Assembly (NCBI GenBank): GCA_036785375.1
Contig: JAWMAR010000250.1
Location: forward strand, 2,232,001-2,296,000
Reading direction: 5' to 3'
Length of the DNA: 64,000 nucleotides
Source: Leucoraja ocellata
Taxonomy: Eukaryota
Shown: positions 38,322 to 48,689 of the stretch, one piece after another
Numbering within the stretch: the first letter of the stretch is position 1
How the letters are laid out: every line of letters starts with the position of its first letter
Program-made: the position numbers and the translations under genes
Notes under the pieces: model-generated
What the model was told of the DNA's origin: nothing
What the model saw: the letters and a program-made list of their open reading frames with translations, nothing else
Database searches by the model: none

Positions 38322-38690
38322 AAAACGACATGAAGTGCTGTTTAACTCAATGGGTCAGGTAGCATCCCTGGAGAACATGGATAGATGACTTTTCAGGTCA
38401 GGACCTTCAGACTGATTGTGAGGGGGAGAAAGAAAGCTGGGAGAGGAGGGATAGGACAAATTGTGACAAGTAATAGGTGGACATTAATGGGGGGGGGGGG
38501 GGGGGGGGTTGATAGGCAGATGGTTGGAACAAAGACCAAAGATCAAAGCAGAAAGTGTGAGCAGACTGATTGAAGATTGCAATTGTGAAGCCAAAGGAAG
38601 GAATGTAGGGGCAGGGGAGAAATAGATGGGGCACAGGGGAGGATGTGGGACAGAGGGGGGAGGTTGTTAGAGGTTATTGGAGAATTCCAA
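38322..38690 (-). mobile_element. Penelope-like element 3'UTR and terminal repeat (old copy)
   Basis: Reverse complement gives gaattctccaat (EFSN end of ORF), a C/T-rich UTR, cagtctgaagg...gaaaagtcatc and the shared gatgctacctgaccc...cagcac terminal segment. Confidence 0.6.
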
Positions 38691-39489
38691 AGTTGGTGTT
38701 GCAGTCAATCTGAAGAGAAACACTCAGTTCACTAATTTCACTAACGCAAATAATTCAGTAGTTAGCGTCGAGCTTATTATTTATATGATAAACCTAAGAA
38801 AATAAAGTTGAAGTGAATGAGAATATCACTAGTTTTGGATACGGAGTATCTGTGATGGAGAATGAGGCAGGTGAGGTGATGATTTGTTGAATGAGCCGGT
38901 GATTCAGTGTTTGTTTTGTGCATGGATATTTTCCTTTCTGCTTAATAACCTCTCATCACACCACTATCTAATGTCTGAATTAGAGCTGATTGCAATTGTC
39001 CCCCCCCCCCCCCCCCCCCCCATGCCAAAATGTGACAGTTCATTCATATTTCATGTGCACTCTACCTTGTATTATCCTTTTGTATTATCCTGTTCTTTTA
39101 TGCCTCTACCTTTTCCTTTGCTGTTTTACCTGATCATTATTAAGAATGTATATTTTTAAATGGTATTTTGGGGGGGTAAAGAAAAACATGTTTGACAGGT
39201 TTTAACCAAAGAAGCCTACTGATAAAGATAAATATTACGCTGTGTGTTTTATTGGCTAGTGTTTGGGTGATCAGTGCAGCCATTTTATAGTGCTGCTTTA
39301 ACCGGAGGCTTTGCATTGTTCAGTTATTGGCTCTTGGCAATCTGGCTATGTCTGCATAATGATTGATGAAATGTTAAATGCCAGAGGAGGCTTATGATAT
39401 TGTGAAATAGCTTTCTATCAATGAAGGCAATACCATCAGTAGAATCATTAGTACCTTGTTTATTTAATGAGGAAATGAAAAAGTTGCTG

Positions 39490-40620
39490 AGGCAGGATTT
39501 GAGTTGTGTGGATCAGTTCCAGAACCTGATAGTTGTAGCAAACTAGGTGTTCCTGAACTTGGTTACGTGCGGATCTCGTTGAACTTTCAGGAAAGCTGAG
39601 GTGTTGGAACGTCCTCAATGTGATTGTGCTGAGCCCAGGACAATTTTTCTGGGGTGTTAATGCTTGGAAATTCAAAGCTGTTAACTTTCTCCACTGTTGA
39701 CCCACTGGCACATGGCCTCCCGACTTTCTGAAGTTGGTGATTAGTTCTTTAGTTTTGTTGAGATGGAACAAGAGGTAGTTGTTGTGGCACTGCTCAAACA
39801 GGTATTCTGTCTGCTGACTCGGCAGCGCCCTCGATTTGGCCTGCTGCAGTGGTGTCCTCGATGGATTTGTGGATGGCATGGAGATGTGTTTAGCCACACT
39901 AACGAGAAGAGCAAAGAGCTAAGCACACAGCAATGAGATGTGCCTATCATGATCCGTGAGAGGGTGGTGTCACTGATCTGCTCTGCTGATGTCTGTCATT
40001 GAGAAATTCAATAAATCATTTACAGAGGGAAGTATAGAGACCCTGGAGTTGCAATGGGTTTGGTGCAGATTATTGTGTTAAATGCTTGGCTGTAATCGAT
40101 GAACTGCAGCCTTGCGAATGTGTTATTGTCCAGATGATCCAAAACTGAGTGGCAAGCCAGTGAGATATCATCGGCTGTTAACCTGTTGCGGTGATAAGCA
40201 AATCGATGCGGGCCCAAGTCATTTTTTGAGGCAAGATTTGCACCATAACCAAAGCGCTTAATTACGTGGATGTAAGTGCTATGAGATGGTAGTTATTGAG
40301 GCTGTGTTTTTGGGTACCAGTATGATAAATGCCCTGTTGAATTGGGGGTGAATCTCGCACTGCAGGAGCCAGAGGTTAAGATGTCCTTGATTGAATATGC
40401 CACTCAGTTGGTCCGCACAGGTCTTTAGCACTTGGCTAGGTACGTTGTCCAGGCTGGAAGCTTTACATGGATTAAACCTCTTGACAGTTGCTCTTTCATC
40501 AGCTCAGATTGAACACAGCTGTGAAGGTGTGTCATTGGTCTCTCTTTCAAAGCTTGCATAAAAGGCGTTGAGCTCACCTGGAAGTGATGCATTGTTGCCA
40601 ATGCCATGGTGTAACTACCA
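39490..40620 (-). mobile_element. Rex1/Babar-like non-LTR retrotransposon RT relic
   Basis: RFAYHRNRLTADDISLACHSVLDHLDNNTFARLQFIDYSQAFNTII and NNYLLFHLNKTKELITNFRKSG match the Rex1-type RT motifs QFAYR..RSTxDAI...LFIDxSSAFNTI and NNLxLNVxKTKELIVDFRK. Confidence 0.8.
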
Positions 40621-40653
40621 GAGATAGTTTTAGCAGATACACCAATGTATACT

Positions 40654-40786
40654 TCAGTTTGAAGAAGGGTCTCGACCTGAAACGTCACCCATTATGTCTC
40701 TCCAGAGAGGCTCCTGACCCGCTGAATTATTCCAGCATTTTGTGTCTACGGTGTAAACCAGCATCTGCAGTTCCTTCCTATACACC
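40654..40786 (+). mobile_element. Short PLE-derived repeat
   Basis: cagtttgaagaagggtctcgacctgaaacgtcaccc...ccagcattttgtgtctac plus tail aaaccagcatctgcagttccttcctatacac. Confidence 0.8.
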
Positions 40787-41869
40787 TTGGAATGATTCTT
40801 TGCTAGATGCTGGATTAAGTTCAGTAATTTAAAAGCTTGAAATATGCTGGCTATACTTGCACTAGAATCAGCATTGCAAGTCAGGAGATACAAAGAAACA
40901 TTTGCAGAAAGAGAATAAAATGTAAGAGGAGCGTTAATTAACCAAGAAATCTCACTGACAATTATTGCTCCCAGTACTCTTCTGGTGAGACTCTCCTCAT
41001 TCTGCAGATGTGAATTCATTTAAAGATCGTAGCTCCTTGCATCGTCCTAATTACCCAGTCCTGTTTGCTGATCTGTTTAATGAAAGGCACGACTCAACTT
41101 TAACATTCCCATTTTAGTTCTACAAATTCTCCGCAATTCTGGCACTAACCTGTACTTTTTTTCATGCTGCTTGTTATATGCGACTTCCTTCAGCTTTACA
41201 ATCCTTTCATATATTCCCCTCTTGTCTCTGTTCTTATCTGGTTTCAACCTATTGCATCTTCCAGATTTGTGCCTTTGGCTGCAGGCACTGGGATTAGCTT
41301 TCTAAATCTTTCTGCCTAGCTCCTTCTAAGGCCTTTGCTAAAACCTATCTCTTTGATTAAGTTGATTGGTATATTCTTGCATCTCCTTGTGTGGCTCTTA
41401 TGGCAATGTTGAACTTTATTAACTTGGGGCATTTTGTTATATTGGACATTTTCTCACACCCCCATCTCCTGCAAATAAAAACGTTATGCTGAAGAATGAT
41501 TTCCTTTGGAGAGGAAACGGATAACGGAAGCTAGCTGCATGATGCTGATCAAATTTTGGTAATTCCTCAAGAGGTTATCCTTGCTAAACATAAGAGTTTA
41601 TTTCCTCTTCAAAGTTTGCATTTCAATTTATATAGTCTGTACTGCAGCTTTCAGAATAACTCTCTTAATACTTCCCATAATGTAAAACTGGCTACTGTAG
41701 CTGATAACACAAGGAAAAAAGGATTCGCCAAATGCATTTTTTTGTTTTGGGTTGGTCCATGGTAGTGGGAGACAACATTTTCTATGCCACTACTTCCATT
41801 GTCGATCCCTTCAAAAATGTGCTCATTGAGGTTCAAACTAAATTTGGTTTCTGCAGTCGTACAAAGAAG

Positions 41870-42352
41870 AAAAAGAACCAAGACACAACATAATTTACAC
41901 AAACATTCATCACAGCAAATTTCCTCCTCACTGTGATGGAAGGCAAAGCCTTATCTCTCCCCTGCTCTTCCCATTCTCCTCCTGATGTCAAAATCAAAGC
42001 CTCCGGCGGGCGATGATAAATAAGTCCCGCGGCCATTAAGGCCGCACCGGGCGATGCAAGGCTGCGCTCCGGGTCTTGATGTTAAAGCCCCCGGCGGGCG
42101 CTAGCAAGTCCCGCGGCCATTAAAGCCGCGCCGGGCGATGTAAGGCCCCGCTCCAGGTCTTTTCAATCCCGCAACTCGGGCGGGAGAAGTTGCCGTCGCG
42201 GAAGCTTCGAAAAGCGGTCTCCCACCAGGGACCCGCAAGCTCCCGATGTCGCCGTCCACCGGGCCGGCGGATGGAGCCTCCGAATCTACGGGGTTGGGCC
42301 GCAGCAGAGCGCCACCACAGCTCTTCCCGTTCCAAACTCGGCCAGCTCCGCT
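41870..42352 (-). repeat. GC/CpG-rich interspersed repeat fragment with an internal ~85-bp tandem duplication
   Basis: aaagcc(t/c)ccggcgggcg...aagtcccgcggccattaa.gccgc.ccgggcgatg.aagg occurs twice (~41996 and ~42084). The left part (cactgtga.ggaaggcaa) is shared with the insert at 5613-5790. Confidence 0.6.
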
Positions 42353-42927
42353 GTGTAATAGTATAACAGTGTAGTAGTGTGATAGTATAACAGTTAATAG
42401 TGTAATTTCTACAATGCTTAAAGTAAAAGATAGGAACTCCAAAAAAGGTGAAAAATTGAAGTATTTGAGAGGTGAAATATGACTTCAGGTCCTTACATCA
42501 TTGAGCTAGGGTTCAACTAACTTGTGAATTTTTAGAATTATGGAGCCTATTTACACTTTCAGCTTATTTGGTTGAATATGATGCTCCACTCTCTAATTCT
42601 CCACCATTTTGAAATATTTAAATTGTCTATTGTCTATTTTGGTTATGGTGTCAGTGGAAATTCTTTTATGTACCAAGCAAATGATGACGTGACTTCGGTC
42701 TATTTGTATTGACTCTCATCTCTGAGTCATACCCTCCAGGTTGCTGGTTCTTTGTGGGTTGCGTTGTTTGGGGGTTAGCAATGAATGCTGTTGTTTTGCT
42801 GCTGGCTACTATACCCAGAATGTTATACCAAGAACATTTTGCTGATTCTGGAAGCAATTGAGCAAAAGATTTTTGTTGTTTTCATTCCATCAGTATTGAG
42901 TGAGGTGGAGGGGAAAAAACTGAGTTA

Positions 42928-43237
42928 AGGGCCTGTCCCACTGTACGAGCTAATTCAAGAGCCGTCCCGAGTTTAAAAAAAAAAAAATCAAACTCGTGGT
43001 AAGCACGAAGAATGTACGTTGCGGTTACGTCAGAGCTCGGGACGTCTCTTAGCGGCTTGTAACGCTAACGGCAGGTACTCGGGAAACGCGGTGAGCTCGT
43101 GAAGATTTTTCAACATGTTGAAATATGTCCACAAGCGCCCCGAGAACCTAGGTGTGGCTATTACCGTAAATCTCCGAGTTCGCATCAGGAGAAACTCGGG
43201 AAACTCTTGAATTAGCTCGTATAGTGGGTCAGCCCCA
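42928..43237. mobile_element. PIF/Harbinger-type MITE, 310 bp
   Basis: ~34-bp TIRs agggcctgtcccactgtacgagctaattcaagag / ctcttgaattagctcgtatagtgggtcagcccca; TTA TSDs (42925-27, 43238-40). Confidence 0.87.
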
Positions 43238-43463
43238 TTATGGCTCTTTTTTTTCTTCCTTCAATGTATAATTGTTATCTACTTATCCCAAGTTAGATTC
43301 ATGAATTAATGAATGTTGCATTTGTCTTAGTTCACAAGTACGAGAGTTATGGGAGCATGATCTATCTTTCCCTCTCAACCCATTCTCCTGCCTTCTCCCC
43401 GCAATCCCTGACACCTGATACGCATGGAGCATGCAAGTGGTAAAAGATCAGCTCTGTAGTTGG

Positions 43464-43582
43464 TCTGAATAAATGTCTCGACCCAAAACGTCACCCATTC
43501 CTTCTCCCCGGAGATGCTGCCTGTCCCGTTGAGTTACTCCAGCATTTTGTGTCGACCTTGCATTGAAACCAGTTCTTTCCTA
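43464..43582 (+). mobile_element. Short PLE-derived insertion, 15-bp TSD
   Basis: Begins tctgaa...gtctcgacccaaaacgtcaccc; TSD cagctctgtagttgg at 43449-43463 and 43583-43597. Confidence 0.85.
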
Positions 43583-43938
43583 CAGCTCTGTAGTTGGGAT
43601 TGATTGGATGAAATGCAAGTAAATGAATGTGAAGAGTTCATTAACAGCGTTGTGATCCCAGCACGAATCCCTGAGTTATTTTGGGTGTTCTTGCCTGTAC
43701 TTTGAATCTTGCAATTAAGTGTAATACAAAACCTTGATCTTTCAAAGTGCACTTATTTATTTTCAAACATACTTCCCCTATCTGGTGTATATTAAATTCA
43801 TGAGTGTGGGCAAGCATAACATTCATATTCTTGCTAAAATTTAAGTTGTGGAAAATTTAACCAGCCCTGAGACTCTATTCTCACAAGTGTGCTATGGGAA
43901 ATTTGTGTTATTAAATGTTCTGCATGTTCCTTCTGCAG

Positions 43939-44083
43939 AAGCCCAAGACCAAACAGCGACCTTCCATTTCGAAGAGTACTTGGGAAAGTAATTATTTTGG
44001 AATACCTCTGACTTCTGTGGTGACTGTAGAGAAGCCTATTCCCATCTTCATTGAAAAATGCATAGACTTCATTGATTCCACAG
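43939..44083 (+). CDS. ARHGAP35: ARHGAP35 next coding exon (145 nt; end of polybasic region and start of RhoGAP domain)
   Basis: Acceptor ttccttctgCAG at 43938. Translates [48 protein letters not shown](G), matching p190[50 protein letters not shown]. Donor CAG|GTAAGA at 44083/44084. In frame with the previous exon. Confidence 0.96.
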
Positions 44084-47000
44084 GTAAGATTACATTTCTG
44101 GTACATCTGTTGCTCTGTGAGCCAATGTAAATGTTTTACACAGCAGAAGTGAGCATATTCTCAAGCTCGCAAACAAGTTTTGCTGTGTAATTTTCACACA
44201 TGAAATGCCATTTGGAAATAAAAGTGTTTTTTGAAGAACTGTGAAAGAACTGTGTTATTTACATTGAAAGCATTTGGAAAGTGGTGATGTCTAATTTTTG
44301 ATATTCAATCAGATTTGCTATGAATGGAATGTACCAAGGTGGTTCAAACATGAAAAATCTTCATATCTTAACTAATGTTTTCAGTGTTGATTATAATGGT
44401 TACTTTATCTTAGTAGTGGTATGATGATACCCTTTGGGAATTACTTGACAAGCGTAAAGATGCTGTTGAAGTGTCAGTCATGTTAATCTATGAATAATGG
44501 GGTGTGTTTGCCTTTGCAATGCTGATACTTTGCAACAAAGGCTACTGAGGTAAATAATCTAGGCATTAAGACAGAAATCAAATAAAAACAAAATTTGAGT
44601 CCATGCGAGGAGTTAAAGGAAGGTTAGAATTGCATGTGCATAGCACCAAAAGAACATCTCACAAGGTGCTGACTTCAGCATGTCATTTGCATGGGCCTTA
44701 TCTCTAGGGTACCAGTTATCATTTTGAGATAATGAAGCACTAAGATTATTAAAAGAGCAAAGAGTAGAGAGAATAGATGAAGCAGGAGCGATGAATTGAG
44801 AGACTTGGGTGTTTGTAACAGTCCCTCTATGTAGGCCGCATATACTGTCTAATCAAAGGAGAGGGTGGAATGAAGCAACTGCGTACTAGATCCTTTTTGT
44901 GTATGTCTACAGATACGTTTGCAATAAGGGGGTCTGTAATGGATGTTAGTTTACCAGCAGACCAGTGTCTGCTCTTCTCATTGATTTTGCATTTAATTTA
45001 AGGATCAATCAGATTTTTATCGTGCAATTTTTTGTTGGAAGGATGCCACAATAGTGAGGCACATAATATAAAATAACATTTCTAGAATTATGGATACCTC
45101 AATATGCCCCTTCTATTTGTGTACCAATAAGAAATGTTGCCAAACATGCCCAATATTGTATTGGGACTGGATCGATGGATGTATGTTTAAGACGCGTCCA
45201 AATTCAAACTCTTTGACCGAATGTCCACCTTCATTAGAAGCAACATTATCCTTAATCTATTCTCAATTGCATTGGCCAGTTACAGGTAAAAGATCATGAC
45301 ATTTGAGGTGTTTATTTGTGAGATTATTCTCTTGATGAGGTGTTAGTACAGCGGGGTCACATTTAGCTACTGCCATTTCTGTGTTAAGCTATTCCATAAA
45401 TTCTGTAAACATTTTTAAAAGTAATCTCTCTATTAAAACAGCAGCTTGAAGGCAGTCAGTGGCCTATTCAACCTTTATTTAAAATGCTTCTTGTTTTACT
45501 CAAGATTGTCCTTCTAAATATAGGAAGTAGAACAATGTGTAAGTAAAAATTCTTTGTAATAAACTGTTGGAAGAAAAACTTAGTTGTAGTTATTTTTTCC
45601 AAATAATTGGAACTAAAGATTGTGTTTGCAATTTCTCCTGATGTGAGGAATGCAAGTGGTAGCAATGGAAATAACCAGGACCCAATCCAGAAATTATTTC
45701 ATATTGCAGTGACTCTTTGTTCCACGTTCATGAGCAGACTGCTTCACCGCATATTTTCTCTTTGAGGAAAAATGCTTTTCTTTTCTCCCCACATTATGGT
45801 GGCAGAACTTGGAAGTTATTACTGCTATCTTTTACTGGAGTTAGGACAATTAAAATAAAAATTGTTGCATACTATAGATTAGTTTCAGCCTTTTGGTTTG
45901 CTGTCTGGACATGCTCATGCCCTGGCCAGCTTTGAAAGGGGTTGAAATACGAGTGGTGTGATTGCAGCCTGCACATTTAACTGTTTCATAGGACAGTTTT
46001 AATCTTCTAAATTCTCTTTGCAGTTGTTCAGCTCCAGATATTGCTTTTGTTGATGATGACTTGGGTTTTAGCTCGCTCTCTCCTGCACTGAAGGAAGGGA
46101 TAGATTTGCTTGGGTTGTGGCCCTGCAAATGCTTTATGGTGGCATCTCCAATTTCCCCCATTTTAACAAGGTTATCATTGAGGAACCTTATCATTAACAA
46201 ATCCTATCCTATCCATCTCCATTCCCAATTGGAGCTTCATAAGTTATTGGTGCTGCCTCGACTTCAGGGCTCTGGCATTTGATGCTATCTGGGTGGGGTT
46301 TGCATATTCTCCTTGAGAACAACAGTTTCTGTTATGTGCTCCTGCTTCCTTCTACATCCCATGTGCTGGTAGGTTAATTGTCCTGTGTAAGCTATCTCAG
46401 TGTAGGCAAGTGACAGATGCCAATTGATAGGCGTGTGAGAGAGTAAGTTTCAGGAAGAGAGGGAAGAACAAGAATATTGTTGATCCTGCAGACAATGGAT
46501 CATTGTGGATTCCACCTTTCCTTGATCATCATTGCTGGCTTTGATTTATCCTTTTGCCTATCTCTCATTCATTTGTTCTATGTACCTTTTCGAATCTCGT
46601 TTCCCTCTCCCCTGATTCTGTCTGAAGAAGGACCTCGACCTGACAAGTTATCTATTCATTTCCTCCGGAGATGCTGCCTGACCCGCTGAGTTACTCCAGC
46701 TTTTTATGTCTATTTTAGGAATATTTCTGATCTGATTCCTCTGCTTGATGTGAACCAGATGGACAGCATAGTTCCCCACTTTGTTATAATGCATATGAGC
46801 TTTCCAGCATGTGTATTTGAATGAAAGCAAGGAAAAATCAGGGCAGGCGCAGGCCATTTGGCCCTTTCTACCATGCAAAGTAATTATGGTTCATCAATTG
46901 CAGAGCTATTTTCCTGCACTCTTCCTATACTTTGGGCAGCTGGAATCCTGGTTTCATTTTTCAGCTCCAGTGATGATATTTCCAACCACAATGGACTGAA

Positions 47001-47902
47001 ACTGATCATGGATTGAAAGCAAGACTGCGCGCCAAGTTTAGAGCTCCTTTATATACGGCCAACCCAACCACCAGGGACGTTGGCAAGAGAATATTTTCCT
47101 TCAGTTAAAATTCTTCTTGGAAAATATCCATTCATTTCTCAGAATGCTGTCTTGTTTTCAGTTTTTAGAAAAATAGCAATGGAAAAAAGTGCTTCGCTAC
47201 CATTGTAAGTTTATCTTATGTTATATTTCTGTGGAGGAATTAACTCTTCGGGCTGTTTATGAATGTGTGAAGATTGTGGTTAGTGTTGGTTTGAAATACT
47301 TAAAAAAAAAAAATAATAATAATAATAATAATTAAATGGCACATTTACAATTTAAGGATTGTAAATGCTTTTAGCAATGAACAGTTTTTCATTTTGTAGT
47401 ATGCCTTTTGTGATCTCGTCACAAATTATTCATACATGACAGAGATATACAGGATTTTTCTCTCCAATTGTATTATTTAAATTGTATCCCCATATGTGGC
47501 TACAAGTTAAAAGAACTCTGCAATTGGACAAATTAATTTATCAGTATGTGTAGTAAGAATTTTATGCATTTCTACCTTGATACACCGTTAATTTCAGATG
47601 TGATTGCATTTGCACTTCGCCATTTCTGTTTAAAAGTAGTGACGACTTAGGTGATTTAAAAAAATATATAATGGCATCAAGGCTTGAACACAATCATTGG
47701 TTGTTAAGGGGAAGTCTCGGCACTTCTCAATTCTCTGCATGTGTTGTTCACAAACTAAATTCCTTTACAATTTAAATATTTCTTGTTGTGCATTGTGTTT
47801 ATATTTTTTAATTAAATGTAGCTCGGGTGATTTGTGTGGCTTTTTGTTAGTTGTTGTGATTCATGCAGGTGATGGAGAATTAAGACATTCCTTTGATCAA
47901 GT

Positions 47903-48090
47903 GGACAAAAATGCTGGAGAAACTCGGCGGGTGAGGCAGCATCTATGGAGAGAAGGGATGGGCAACGTTTCAGGTCTCGACCCGAAACGTCGCCCATTCC
48001 TTCTCTCCAGAGATGCTACCTCACCCGCCGAGTTTCTCCAGCATTTTTGTTTACCATCGATGTTTCCACCATCTGCAGTTCTTTCTTAAA
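47903..48090. mobile_element. Palindromic PLE-derived element, 13-bp TSD
   Basis: Arms fold about ggt-ctcg-acc (hammerhead stem-loop II); TSD cctttgatcaagt at 47890-47902 and 48091-48103. Confidence 0.87.
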
Positions 48091-48639
48091 CCTTTGATCA
48101 AGTATTTCGGTTCAACTTTTCAATGTTATAAAAGAGAGTTTGAAATGAAAGTTCCTCAAGAACTGCTGTTTCATCTGTTTTGTAAATCTGTGTTAATGGA
48201 TCTCTTCTGGTACTGGATAGATGTGCTGGGTTGGGGAAAGTGGTGTTTTATAATGCACTTCATGCCAGCAATAATAAACTGGCAATATCTGAGATTGCTC
48301 CCAGGCAGTGTTTCCCAATGTATTGTTTTTCATCGTCTCTCTGCGGGGAATTGTCGCTCTTGTTAAGCAATCGCACTCGATGCCAATCCACTCCTCGCCA
48401 CATATTATTTTGTTAATTAATGGCCATCCGAAATTGTCTTTACACCTGAATTTGGGTGTAGTAAAATACCGCACCTAATTGTCCTTTCAATTGTACAAAT
48501 TGGCACTATCCCACAAATTTGTCGAGTAACATTTTGACATGGTAGTCCTTGCAGAATGCTCCAATGCAGTTGCCTTGATGGCATCTCTGGGCATACCTTG
48601 TTCCACCGGCAGACCATCCACCAGAGAGAGTGATCAAGC

Positions 48640-48689
48640 GGAGGAGGGGAGGGGGGAGGGGAGGGGGGAGGGGGGGGGGGAGGGGGGGG
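48640..48689 (+). repeat. Pure-purine G-rich tract (G-quadruplex / H-DNA prone)
   Basis: ggaggaggggaggggggaggggaggggggagggggggggggagggggggg. Confidence 0.85.
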
